A DNA stretch of 64,000 bases from Torpedo marmorata (Eukaryota), in contig OZ360219.1 in assembly GCA_977017645.1 (NCBI GenBank), forward strand, positions 120,156,001-120,220,000, read 5' to 3'. Below the pieces are notes generated by a model. The model had not been told where the DNA came from. It saw only the letters and a list, made by a program, of their open reading frames with translations, and ran no database searches. Below are positions 1 to 13,160 of this stretch, piece by piece (position 1 is the stretch's first letter; each line of letters starts with the position of its first letter). The position numbers and the translations under genes are program-made.

Positions 1-1208
1 AAATCCAGCTCTTTTACCAAGCATTTGGCCACTTGCAGTAACATTTCTTTATGTGGGTCAGTGACAAATATTGTTTAATAATGCTCTTGTCAAGTGGCTT
101 GGGATGTTTTACTGCACTGAAGGCTCTATTGCTGAAGTTGTAAATATAACAGCAGTCATGAAAATACATGCCCATAGAGTAGACAGTCATGTGAGTTTCC
201 ATATTGGTAGTGTGTGAAGTGACATTGTTAATGAAGTCTTTCAGATTAATTTATTTCACTGACATTCAGCAGAAACTGGTGGTCATACAGCAGCAATTTC
301 TCTCAACCCCAACTGCAGTCATGTTGTGCTGGATGAACAGTCACGTTATATAGATGAAAAAAGAGAAATGTCTAACACTCAATAACAGTGCAATTTGCAA
401 CAAGTTGGATCATGCATGTTTATTCCATCATGACCTACCATGCACCCCATCATGTTTTGAAGTGAAATGATAAAAACAGTGGTTGGTCTTGATGACTCAT
501 GCCTTTGGCTCCCAGCCCAATCCATGACCCATTAGTCAATCACAGCCCGTGCAGCAAGCAAATCCATATGTTCAAACATAGTCAAAAAAAAGTTTGAATA
601 ATGAAGTCAGGCAGCTACTGCTCAGAATGAATGTGACATCCTCAACAGTGCTCAAGGAATTTGTTGTACACAGTCTTGAGCACAATTTGAGAATCCAGAG
701 ATCCATCAGCCTCCACTTGCTAATTTGATAATTTTTTGCTTGAACCAGAGACTACCAATTGATAAAAATTACTCAGTCTCCAGGGACTTCATGCTGAGCT
801 CCAGATCCCCTGGACTTGGATAGGCTGTGGCAAACCTGATTTCAGGCCTCAGTCACAGACTGCAATCATTGCATGTGCACCCAATGTTAAGGTTCAACTG
901 TGGACCACCTGATGTCTTCAGGTTGCAACCTGATTGGCCTCTGGGTGTACACTCAACAATTTCCATCAGTTACCGAGGACTCAGCAATTTAGTCAGTGGA
1001 CATATGGCAACAAAATTACATCATTATTCAATATCACCAGCGGTACTTGTTGAAAGAGAAACCCACCGGAAGGGTATTGTGCTGAGATTGGTGACATACA
1101 TAAAGGATCATCAACTTTATTTCAGGAAACAAATTAACAGAAGTTGTACAGTGTTAAGATATGAATGCACCTCCTGCTTCCCTGAACAATCATGATTTGG
1201 ATGTGTAC

Positions 1209-1274
1209 CTTCTCACAGAGTGAAAGCACAGTACGAGCTTGAATTACTGCAACCTGTTCTTCATTTCTTAAGTT
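1209..1274 (-). CDS. JAKMIP1: JAKMIP1 long-isoform exon, NLRNEEQVAVIQARTVLSLCEK
   Basis: 66 nt, phase 0, tttcag/GTACAC; further exons expected beyond the window start. Confidence 0.93.
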
Positions 1275-1409
1275 CTGAAATATAAAAATAAGCAAAATAT
1301 TGAAACAGCATTTATCAAAACACCATTTTAAAGATGCAGCCTGCTGTGACTTGCCACGGTAATAAAACAAAATGAATGCTCCTGATTGCTTTGTCTCATC
1401 AATTGCGGT

Positions 1410-1705
1410 CAAGGACTCACACCAGGCAGTGGGCTGCTGGAGAATGGCTCATGGCAACTAGGCAACTGGAGCTCGGATTGCTAATGTTTTGAATAGGAGT
1501 CCATGCAGCTGTAGAAGCGCTGGATGGACATTCAATGTATCTGAAGGGACTCACTTTTGCTTCTCTTTCTCTTATTATTGGGGGCATCGGGCAATGCTCA
1601 TGGCGACTTTTTGTTTGTCTTATGGCAGGCAAAAGTTGAAGTATAGCATATCGTGTATATTACATTTTTGCATTATTACAAAACAATAAAAAGGAACCTT
1701 TGAAA
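1410..1705 (+). repeat. GC-rich interspersed repeat, 3' partial copy
   Basis: gggactcacttttgcttctctttct...attgggggca shared with the two longer copies. Confidence 0.7.
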
Positions 1706-2489
1706 TAAACTGTACATAAACTGAGTTAAATACATATTACACATGTACACATATCACAATAGCCTCTTAAGGTTTCTAAATCCACCCCAAACAACATTAG
1801 GGTATTCTAAAATGCTTTACAGCTCATGAACTGCCACGAAAGAGCAGTCACTTTTTGACTGCAGGAAATGTCCCAAATAACTTGTGCAAGACGTGGAAAT
1901 AGCAATGAGACGACAACCAGAAAAGTTGCCACGTGATGTTGCTTAAGGGGTAAATTTCAGGTCAGGAGAGATGGGATACTACTTCATAAAGGTGCCATTT
2001 GATCCTTTATCCCAACCTGAGAGTGCTCAGCATGGTATTTGTAAATACTGTTTCCAAAGTCTTCAATCCAGTTCCTGGGGCATTGGTCCTTAACTCAGGG
2101 CTGCCTGATCGTAACGTATCATTGGGACTGAGGGATGAAGGTAACAGGAATGGAAAATTCACCCAAGATAAAAGAGGAAAATGAAAATGCTGGAAAAAAA
2201 TTAAAGGAATTCTGTCCTAATCCTGCCATGTGACATTTGATCTGAAAAACGCAATGCCATAATATTAGTGTTTCATTTCAAGTGTAGTCATTGGCTTAGC
2301 CATTTGAGAATTACCTTATTGAATTTAAAGGTGACAGAATTGCAATTTGGTTTATCATGCTTTGTCTCTGATTAAATAACGAAGAGATCACAAGCAAAAA
2401 AAGAATGAAAAGCACAAACAATATGTCAGAGACACATGGAGATGATCTGAATGCTCCAGGCTGACTTCCATTGTCTGAATAAGTCTTAC

Positions 2490-2543
2490 CCCATTATCTC
2501 CAAGGATATCAAGTTTTTTCATTAGATCAGGAATTACCACATC
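2490..2543 (-). CDS. JAKMIP1: JAKMIP1 long-isoform exon, DVVIPDLMKKLDILGDNG
   Basis: 54 nt, phase 0, tttcag/GTAAGA. Confidence 0.93.
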
Positions 2544-2971
2544 CTGAAAGAAAGGATTCACATAATTAATAAAGAATTACCGTAGATCTTTGCAATTACT
2601 GAAATATCTAAAGAACAGATCAATTAATTAAAAATAAGTAATGTAATTGACTTCAGTTTATGGTGCTGCAGAAAATTCAATGTTAATTGCTTTTCTTAGA
2701 TTTATGCGTTTTTTTCTTTCAAACTGTGGGGGACTCTATTGGTAACATGACATGGCGAGTCCTGCACAATTAAGAATTAATACTGTTTCATGTCATGCTG
2801 TCATTCTCAAGATAAATCCTGTAGGGATTGAAACATCTCATGGAAATAATTTTGCCCCTGGAGAGGTTACAGTTGGGGGGCATTTACAAGATTTTAAAGG
2901 AGCTCCAGCAAATTCTCAGTTGATGTGAAATCTTCCAGAGAATTGGAACACAAAGGCAGATTTCCCTTGAT

Positions 2972-4582
2972 ATCAAAATCAGAAATTATTGTCATGAGCA
3001 AGTCATAAAATTCAGTGTTTTGCGGAAGCATCATAGTGCAGTTAACATTCATATTTTAACCACCTTATGACATTACTATAAAAAATTATAAATAATAGTG
3101 CACGAAAAGTAAGGCAGTGTTTTTGGTTCATTGATTATTCAGGAATCTGATGGCAGCGGGGAAGAAGCTGTCCTTGTGCCGTTGAGTGCTCGTCTTTAGG
3201 CTCCTGTACCTTTTTCCTGATGGTAGCAGAATGAAGAGGGCATGGCCTGGGTGGTGGGGGTCTTTGAGGATAGAGGCTGTTTTTTTAAGACACCGCCTTA
3301 TGTAGATGTCCTCGATGGAGTGAAGTCTGGTGCCTGTGATGTCACAGGCCGAGTTAACAACCCTCTGCAGTTTATTCTTGTCCTGAGAGTTCGCGCATCC
3401 ATACCAGCCAGAATGCTCTCCACGGTACACCTGTAAAAGTTTACGAGAGTCTTCGATGACATACCCAATCTCCTCAGACACCTCACAAAGTATAGCTGCT
3501 GACGAGCCTTCTTTGTGATTGCATCAACGTGGATGCTCCAGGACAGATCCTCAGAGATGTTGACACCCAGGAATTTGAACTTCTTGACCCTCTCCACTAC
3601 TGAGCCCTCGATGAGGACTGGGCCGTGTTCCCCTGACTTCCTCCTGAAGTCCACAATCATCTCCTTGGTTTTGCTGACGTTGAGCGCAAGGTTGTTGTCG
3701 TTACACCATTCAACGAGCTGATCTATCTCCCTCCTGTACGCTTCCTCATTGCCGTTTGTGATTCTGCCGACAACTGTGGTGTCATCGGCAAACTTGTAGA
3801 TGGCATTGGAATTGTGCCTGACCACACATTCATGGGTGTATACCGAGTAGAGCAGTGGACTAAGCACGCATCCTTGGGGTGCGCCTGTGTTGATAATCAG
3901 TGAGGAGGAGACGTTGTTTCCAATTCATACTGACTGTGGTCTTCCGATGAGAAAGTCAAGGATCCAGTTGCAGAGGGGGCTACAGAGGCCTAGAGTTTGT
4001 AGCTTCTTGACCAGCTCTGAGGGAATAATGGTATTGAAGGCCGAGCTGTAGTCGATGAAGAGCAGCCATATGTATGAATCGCTGTTTTCGAGGTGATCCA
4101 GAGCTGAGTGGAGAGCCAGCGATATTGCATCTGCTGTGGAGCGATTGTGACGATAGGCGAATTGCAGTGGGTCCAGATCTTTGCTTAGGTACGTGATAAT
4201 TCTGGCCATGACCAGCCTCTCAAAGCATTTCATCACAGTAGAAGTTAGTGCTACTGGACGGTAGTCGTTGAGGCAGCCCACACTGCTCTTCTTGGGTACC
4301 GGGATGATTGATGCACTTTCTGAAGCAGGTGGGAACCTCTGACTGCCACAATGAGAGGTTGAAAATGTCCGTGAACACTCCGGCTAGTTGGTTGGCGCAG
4401 ACCTTCAGTACCCTGCCAGGTACGCCGTCAGGGCCTGACGCCATGTGAGGATTCACCCTCTTGAATGATGTTCTGATGTCACCCTCAGAGACAGATATCA
4501 CAGGGTCCTCAGCCTTTTCAGGTATTCTAGTAGGCACTGTTTGGTTCTTCTTCTCAAAGCGGGCAAAGAAGGTGTTCAGCTC
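2972..4582 (-). mobile_element. Rex1/Babar-type LINE, 5'-truncated, frameshifted RT
   Basis: [43 protein letters not shown] and [10 protein letters not shown] motifs in ORFs 3128-4537. Confidence 0.9.
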
Positions 4583-5204
4583 ATCCTGGGAATCCTCTCA
4601 GTGTTCCCCAAGGACCTGAAGGGAAGGAGTCGAGTATCATCCCTCCTCTTGGACAAAGCAGAGCTGAAAGCATTCGTGGAATCAATGATGCAACAATATT
4701 TTTTTTAAGAGGTTCTTTAACGTAGTAAAATGTGCTACGGCATTCCACAGCAGTGTTATCAACCAAAACCTGACACCAACCCACACTTGATTGCAATGGG
4801 ATCTGCTCCAAAACCCAGGTATATCTGGTATTCCACCTCTCATTACTGACCCCCGATCAGGTCTGGAAAAGGAAAAAGGACTCGTATTTACGAAGCACCT
4901 TCATGACCTTGGGTCTGCCTTAGTCAATCAGTAAAGGAAGTTTATTTGAATTATAATTACTAATGAAATAGAGGAAATGTGGCAGCCAAATCCAAATTTC
5001 TACAAAATATATCATCCAGGTAAAATCCCCATGCCTTGAATATCAAGTGAGGACTTATTGGATTAATCGAACCTTCATGGTCAAAGCTCTATGCATTATC
5101 AGCACACAAGTTCTAACTATCTCCGTTTATATTTGAGTTGAATTTCTAAGATGAACAGGATCCTACACTGTCCCAGAATACCTTGAGAGCTTGCATAATG
5201 CAAA

Positions 5205-6562
5205 AGTCTCTGTAATTGCATCCTGAACTTTCTAACGGAAAGACCACAGTCTGTCCGGGTCGGTAGCAGAATGTCGAGCACCATCAAGCTGAGCACTGGT
5301 GCACCTCAGGGCTGTGTGGTTAGCCTGCTCCTGTTCACGCTACTGACCCACGACTGCATCACCAGATCCAGCTCCAACAGTGTCATCAAGTTTGCAGATG
5401 ACACAACAGTAGTTGGCCTCATCACCAACAACGATGAGTCGCACTACAGAGAAGAGGTGGAAAATCACATGAAATGGTGTGAGAGTAACAACCCGAGTCT
5501 TAATGTGGACAAGACGAAGGAGATGATCGTGGACTTCAGGAGGATCAGGAACAACCAGCCTTCACTACTCATCAACATCTCTGTAGTACCGAGAGTGGAG
5601 AGCACCAAGTTCCTTAGAGTTCACTTAACTAGTGACCTATCGTGGACACGCAACATCTCCTCACTTGTCAGGAAGGCGCAACAGTGACTGCATTTCGGCC
5701 ACCATTATGTCAACCTTCTACAGGAGCTCTATCGAGAGCGTCCTGGCCGGCTGCATCAGAGTGTGGTACGGTTGCTGCAGAAAAATGGATCGGAGGTCAA
5801 TCCACAGGACCATGAGTGACAGAGGGGATCACTGCCAGGGTCGGCGTCACAACAAGTCTAATCAGGGGGGCATTAGGGTGACCGCAGGGGTGGGGGGCAC
5901 AAGCTGACGTTCGAAAACTCACTCAGCATGGGGGGGGGGTTGGAGTGGGTGACATACCTGCCATGAACCTCCACCGTGTGCCGCGTGCCGCCGTCACACT
6001 TCCCCCTCCCTCCGATGTAACAAGACAAACGCGTGGGCTTATATCGCGTGGAGACTAGCGACGCTAGTGGTGCGGGTGGGGGGCACAATGACTTATTTGT
6101 GGGGCAATGCCCGCAAATGCCCCCCCTTGGCACCGGCCGTGATCACTGGAGTCTCTCCCCCAACCCCATCGAAATGATCTACCCGGGATAGTTGTCTGAA
6201 GAGGGCTCGCAAAATCATTGAGTACCCCGTCCACCCTGCACACGGCATCTTTCATCAGCTACCGTCGAGGAAGAAATACAGGAGTATCAGAGCCAGCACC
6301 ACCAGGCTGAGGAACAGCTTCTTCCCAAGGGCAGTAAGAATGCTGAACAACCAAAAGAACTGCTCACACTAACCACCCGTGACGCTCATATTCATGAAAC
6401 AATATTTATTTATTTGTATTGATGAAATACTTGTCCTGCATATGTATTGTTTGTCTGTATGTGTGTTATATCTGGTTATGTGTGTGCATGTTTTCCACCG
6501 AGGACCAGAGAACACTGTTTCTTTGGGTTGTACTTGTACAATCAGATGAAAATAAACTTGAC
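5205..6562 (+). mobile_element. Rex1/Babar-type LINE fragment interrupted by a MITE
   Basis: GAPQGCVVS and [10 protein letters not shown] (ORF 5271..5687); 3' tail aataaacttgac. Confidence 0.85.
5836..6141 (+). mobile_element. GC-rich hAT-type MITE
   Basis: TSD atcactgc/atcactgg (7/8); imperfect TIRs CAGGGTCGGCGTCA / CACGGCCGGTGCCA. Confidence 0.75.
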
Positions 6563-6569
6563 GTCAACT

Positions 6570-7085
6570 TTTCACTTTCAAGTTTATTGTCACATTGTAG
6601 TCAGTGCCTCGCAAGGGAGAAGGTAGAAGGGTTTATTTGGCGAGTAGTCCAGCAAGTCAACTCCAACATGCACACAAAGCAGAAGAGCAAGAACACATTA
6701 CAGTGTGTAGTGTTATCGTGAAGGAATCAATTAATAGATCAGCATGAGATCACTACTGTAAGATTCATTCAGGAGCCTGACAGCTGCAGAGAAGGAACTC
6801 TCTTTGAACCTGTTGGTGTACGAGTTCACGCACCTGAATCTTCTCCCCAATGGGAGAAGGGAGCTGAAAGTGTGGCTGGGGTGGGATGGTTCCGTCGTTC
6901 GGTTTTCTGCCTCTCCGAGGCAGCGGGAAGTGTTGATGGAGTTGATGGAGGGGGGAGAGAGGTTTGTGTGATGTTAAGCTGCTTTCATCATCTCTTGCAG
7001 CTTCTGATCTTGGGCAGAGCAGCTCCTGTGCCATGCTGTGAATGCATTCAGCTAGGATGCTTTCATCTTGCCACAGTTGAACTGT
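6570..7085 (-). mobile_element. Degraded Rex1/Babar 3' fragment
   Basis: ESILA.CI-like and LLP.GRR.R-like remnants; tttattgtca tail. Confidence 0.6.
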
Positions 7086-7163
7086 ATCCATGCATCCACT
7101 TGTAGTCAAGATTAGCGTTTTCAAACCATGCACAATGAAGGCTCTGATAACTATCAAGCTCAC

Positions 7164-7262
7164 CTTAATGCCCTCCTGCTGACAATAAAGCTGAAGGGCA
7201 CTTCCGCTCTCAGAGAATGCCGACATGTGCAAGTTGTAAGCTGGTGACCTTCGCTCCCGCTC
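7164..7262 (-). CDS. JAKMIP1: JAKMIP1 long-isoform exon, ERERRSPAYNLHMSAFSESGSALQLYCQQEGIK
   Basis: 99 nt, phase 0, ttgcag/GTGAGC. Confidence 0.92.
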
Positions 7263-7544
7263 CTGCAAGCATGAAATACATCTCATCAGTTTAATGCTAC
7301 AGAATTGTAGACAAAAAAAATGAAACCAATGCACAAGATTTAGGAATCTTCAAAAATTATGTATTAACAATGTTTTCCAATCTCTCATATTCAGACTAAT
7401 TTTGAAATGATGTAATATTAATATTAAAAAGTTCTCTGTTTCCCTGAAAAAATTGTACAACAGACATTTTAAAGATTAGATCACAGCTTTAAATAAACAA
7501 ACACAACAGAAACATCACTCACATATTTGTAAAGGCAACAAGAC

Positions 7545-8180
7545 AACTTCCTTGTGGAGGAGTTGCCGCAGAGTCTGCGCCCAAGATGGCAGTGCCTCTG
7601 ATCGGCAGCAGCCACGAGGGGTTGCAGACTCCAGGGAAGCAGAGGACTGGCGCAGGGCACCAGAAAATAGGGAGACCATCCCCCGTCTGAGAAGGAGAAG
7701 CAGAGGAGACGACCCACAGGACGGTGACCATGGCGGCGGACCAGTGAGGGGGCTCTGAGGCTGAAGGACCAGTGCATGCGGCGGGCTGCTGGCGACTCGA
7801 GGCGAGGAACCCGCGGAGGCTGCGGACTGCTGGAGACTGGCTTGAACTGGCTGAATGGGTACCAGGTATCGGAACCGGGATGCGAGGGGGTGCCGAAGGC
7901 GCTGAAGGGTTCCTGACCGTGTCGGAGGTTTGGATCTGGAGCTTGGGTTGCCAATGGTTTGGACTGGACACTGTGTGGCTGGGGAGGCTGCGGAAGCGCT
8001 GGAGGCGAATCTATGGACACTCGGTGACTCTGGGGGGACTCTCTTTTGCTTCTCTTTCTCTGACTGCAAGAGGCGCTTCAGGCAATTTCTGCCGATGGCA
8101 AATCTGTCTGCCTTTCAGCAGACAAAAGCAATATGACACTGTTTTATTGCATGACAATAAAATGAATGTTGATCTTGAAG
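7545..8180 (+). repeat. GC-rich interspersed repeat, copy 1
   Basis: Shares gcagactccagggagcagag, ggtatc..aaccgg and gggactctcttttgcttctc blocks with 22950-23690 and 1410-1705. Confidence 0.8.
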
Positions 8181-9023
8181 ATTATCTGAATAAGCTTTTG
8201 GTGGATTTAATAATAATTGGAAACAACACCATTTCTGTTGTTTTCCATAACTCGGTGCTATCTATTACCTCGTTTATATTTTTCCATACTTACTTAGTAA
8301 CTTCCTCATGGAAGAATGATGCTACTGAAATGAACCAGATGGAAAAACAAGGATATTGGAACTAAGTAGATTTCAGTTGAATCTTGGTCAAAAGCAGAGC
8401 GGTTCCCGAAATGATTGCCAAATAATAGATCACATAAGCTTATGCAACAAAAATAAAACAAAGCTTTCAGGTTAGTGATCCTATACAGCCTTGAAATATG
8501 TGGTTCACATCAATATGAATGTTAATTTTATTTTACAAAGCAACAATAATAGTTCAAAACAAAGGCCAGACCAAGTATTTTGAAATCCGATAATGATGTC
8601 GAACAACATGATGAATATACTGCAAAGTAACTTCTCGTCCAATCATAACCCTGAAATCCAAAAATGAGTCTAAAAGAATGACGCACTTTTGTTGCAGCAC
8701 TTAATATTTTTTAAGCAAGCCAACAGCATTCTATCTCAGTATCATCATAATTTTTGAAACAGTTGCACCAAGCTATATTGCTGTTTGCCTCCAGCTTCAG
8801 CACTGGAATGTATGTGGAATGCATTTCACTTCTGTGAAGAACAATATGGCTGTGATGTGAAGTTCCTGGTTTTCTACCAGATTCTTCAGAGTAAAATAAA
8901 AAATAATAGGTATATGAAGCATGATAACAAAAGTGGACACAAAGTCATTTGTTTGAATAAGGTGAACAATACAAGGTTATGAAACATAAATGAAGAATGC
9001 GAGCAATAGCAAAAACAAAATAT

Positions 9024-9029
9024 TTTATT
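9024..9029 (-). promoter_or_regulatory. Putative intronic polyadenylation signal AATAAA for the short isoform
   Basis: tttatt on + strand ~230 nt past the read-through stop, followed on the minus strand by U/GU-rich sequence. Confidence 0.6.
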
Positions 9030-9255
9030 AAATGCAAATAATATTTCAATATAAAATAGAATCTATTTATACAAATTATAATCTATACATCTCAATGGTC
9101 GACTAAAATCTTGTCGTAACATCTTCAAATACTTCCTCTGGTATCAAAACTTCAGGCAGTGAAAGAGCTTCTCATCTCTTCCAAAGTGAAACAGCAATGG
9201 ATTAATAAACAGCAGTGTTCATTAGCATGGGATTGATAAGTAGCTGCACACTGAG

Positions 9256-9489
<234 letters not shown>

Positions 9490-12357
9490 TTACGTCAGTT
9501 TATTGATCACCAACAGTTACACTCCACAACCTCAACAGGTTCCTGCACATAATCACACCGATAAATATGGCTGGAGGATTTTGAAGATTGAATCTGCTGA
9601 CAGATTATGCAACTCACAGAAAGTTGGGAAATTTACTTCAATAATACACATAACTTCAGTGCAATCCAATATAATCAAATTTCCATGATCGTTGGTAAAA
9701 ATCATTGCATCAGAAATGAAGCATTCACCATTAAGAAAATATGTTGGGGCCTTTGAAGTGACAACCAGCATTGGTGCCACTTTGAAAAACATGGGAATAT
9801 GACTTCCCTATAACTTACAGAAACACTGATCACTCTACACCAATATAATGTGGAAAAGTTCACTATAGATACATAGAAACCATTTTCAGTTCACAAAAAT
9901 CAAGTTACTCACATGGTGTTTTGCGATGAACAATATTCTCAGGTGAATTAATGAACTTCCAACAACTTTGTACTCTTAACTATACCAAATAGGTTAAGGC
10001 AAATGAAAGTTCTAAAATATTGCTTGATTGCGCAGATTTGTGCCAGGTTTTGCAGTTACACTGCCAGCTGTGCCAAAAGCTCGGCTTAAGATATTTAAAG
10101 GTTTTGTGCTGAGAAGTATGATCTGGTAGTACCTGCTTTTTATATACTAATTGTTCAAAGCTTTACCTCGTGTTGATCACTTTAGAAATTATTTCTCGGT
10201 GAAATCGTACAAATATTTACTTGATTTTTAACAGCACAGGAGGCAGTTTGTCTTATCTTGTCCCTGTGGGCTCCCAATAAAGCAATCCCATCAGTCCCAT
10301 TTCCCTGTAACCCTGCAACATGTTCCCTCAGATACTCATCAACCAACCCCCACCCGGTTCTCTTTCCGCCTACTCACATCATTGCCAATGGTAAATTATC
10401 CTTTGGAAATTAATTCAGGGAAACCTAAGCGTACACAGGGATAAGATGCAAACTCCACACAGGCAGCACTTGAGGAAGGGATCAAACATCCTTCATTGGA
10501 GTTGTGAGGCAGCAGCATTAACTGCTGCACACTCTGCCATCCCAATTGAATGGGACTTTCTGTCTGTAATCTATTTAGCATCCTGGACAATGTTTTATTT
10601 TAAAATGAGCACACATCAAATGATGTCATTATTCATGTAACGCCTGTTTCCAGTTGCACCAAAACAAAATGCAGCTCTAAACTGAAAACTATGACAGTGT
10701 GAAAAGATCTTCATAGAACTAGGAGCACATTGTGTTGGTACTTTACTCGAAATGCAGCAAAGTAAGAAACTAACACTGAAGGACTCCGTATTTGTCGGCT
10801 CAGGCTTTCCAAGTCTGAAGTAAGCAGCATGCTGTAGGAAGACCTTCATCCATGCTCTTGTGCCTGGAATGCTCTCTCCATGAAGGTTGAGCCAGCCTGC
10901 TGAGATCTAATGGGGCAGTTTCAGATATCATTGTAGACCATGAGGGTGCTCTGCAGCCAACAGGCCTTCTCTTAGCATTTAGAGTGGAAGACCTCCCTCC
11001 TGGCATTGAACAAGCCTTATACATCCCACTGAGTGAATGTCAGAGCTCTCTTCCTCTTCCATGCAGCCTCGGTCTTCTCAATGACAGCCACAGCCCATCC
11101 AGCTACTATGGGAGATGTTTCCCTTTAAAGGTAGTTGCTCTTCTCTGATTGCTGTGCAATAAATGATGAAATCTACTGGGAATTGACTGAGAACTCATTG
11201 GCAGTCGTGCAGGTTCCACTTTAGCGCCTTCCGAGTATAAATCATCCCAACACCATTTCATATTGGCCTATGATGCAATTTTTAATTCAAGGTCTAATTT
11301 TGCTTTTGGTCTAAAAGCAGTAATATTTCAGCATATGAAAAATAGGTGAAATATAATGTCTGGGAAATTATTAGGGAGATTGAAAGCGCTTCATTTTTAA
11401 TTTCTTTATTTATGGGTTGTGGACATCACAAACAAAGCCATCCTTGATTACCTGCTGAATTGAGTGGCGTCTGAGGCCACTTCAGAGGGCATATTGGAGG
11501 GGAACTCGTGTTGGAAGTCAGATTTCCTTCTTGAAGTACACTCATGAACCAGATGGGTTTTCACGTCAACAATGTCACGGGGTCTAATTTAACAGTGAGG
11601 GAACCATAATCTCACAGCTGCTCAACAGTGATGCCCAATGGGAACATAATTTAAATGTCATCATTTTGGGAGGGAAAGTTAACTAAAGACATGTTGCATA
11701 TGTGTGTAGATTCTAACTTGTCCAAAGATGCCTAATGATTATTAAGAGGAGCACCCATCTTCAAACAAAGCCACAGCGATGAATCATCTCCTTATTGCTG
11801 TTCTACTATTCAATCATATCATGGTTGACCTACATCATAACTCCATTAACCAGCCTTGCTGCCCTGTTCTTTATTTACTAAGGTAAAGACGTGCCTGATG
11901 CCTAGAAGCATTTCTTCCTGCTGTTAAAGTGATGATCAAGAAATCTCGAGAAATCTAATGATGATCTGGAAATCTGAACAAGATTGTTTAGCCTTGGTCA
12001 ACTGAAAAGTTCTAAACCAAATCGGATACACATTTATAACATAACCATTCAATGGTAAAAATTTGCATTGTGTGACTGCTCTTTAAAATTTCTTTTTAAT
12101 GACTTATGGCTTGATTTTGGGTTGCATCCTTTCTTCACTGGGGTTCCCAGTCACTGGAATTTGCTTCCAACACACACAAATCTCTATCTTGTCATATCTC
12201 GTTACCGTCTAATTAATCTGGGATAAAAACTCTCCCAAGGATCACTTAGGGATAACATTAAAATGTAAACCGACTATAAAAACAGTGTATCACTCACCCA
12301 CTATAAATAGTTCCATGCAAATGGTGACTCAAGTAGATGATTCTAAAACTAGATATA

Positions 12358-12878
12358 CCATGTGCCTGCATAGTCGAATTTTGTGGACCAATTCTTTTGG
12401 AAAAATTTAGGGGGTCGACTATTACACGCATACTACTTTTGACTGCTAAGTACTTGCGTCGTTCGAGGCATCGGGAGCTCAGATGGGCGGGTGGGTGGGG
12501 GACCGGGTGGTAAGTCTGCGATTGGGCGTCGGGAGCTCAGATGGGCGGGCAGCTGGAGCCTCGGCGAGAGTCCGCAGTCGGGGCGTTGAGAGCTTGGATG
12601 TGTACGTGGCTGGGACTGGGTGGTAAGTCTGCGTTTGGGCGTCGGGAGCTCAGATAGGCGGGCGGCTGGGGGCCTAGGCGAGAGTCCGCAGTCGGGGCAT
12701 CGAGAAATCCGGTGGGGGGCGACCGGGGCGTTGGAAGCTCCAGTGGGTGAGCAGCCAGGGTCAAAATATAGGGGGGGGTCAACTTTTACACGCGATATAT
12801 GGAAAATACCAGATTTTGGGGCCAAAAATAGGGAGGGTTGACTATTACATGTATCGACTATTACACGCGTATATACGG
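12358..12878. mobile_element. Tc2/pogo-like non-autonomous DNA element with internal GC-rich repeats
   Basis: Right end ...tcgactattacacgcgtatatacgg|TA (CCGTA-type TIR); degenerate left end TA|cca...tagtcga; repeated tcgggagctcagat units; splits a CR1 3' fragment. Confidence 0.7.
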
Positions 12879-13160
12879 TAGGTTTAAGGTGAGGAGGGAG
12901 AAATTTAAGAGGGACTAGAAAGGACACTTTTTCACTCAGAAGATAGTTTTCATCTGGAATGAACTGCCAGAGAAGCTATAGAAATGGATACAATTACAAT
13001 GTTCAAAAGGCAATTGGACAGATATATGGATAGGAAAGGCTTAGGAGGATATGGGCCAAATACAGGCAAATGAGACAAGCCCAGAATGCTAACTGGTTCA
13101 GCATGGATTCGTGGTCTGAAGGGCCTAATCCATGCTGTATGACTCAATGACACTGAATTC
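12879..13160 (+). mobile_element. CR1-type LINE 3' end
   Basis: RFKVR..., FFTQ.., WNELP remnants. Confidence 0.7.

Noticed and set aside
7481-8365. Overlapping 150-197 aa ORFs on both strands
   Set aside because: They lie in a GC-rich multi-copy repeat with few stops; no domain, and frames differ between copies.
12433-12927. Pro/Arg-rich ORFs and a CRISPR-like repeated unit
   Set aside because: These are internal tandem units of a DNA transposon; there are no unique spacers, and the context is eukaryotic.
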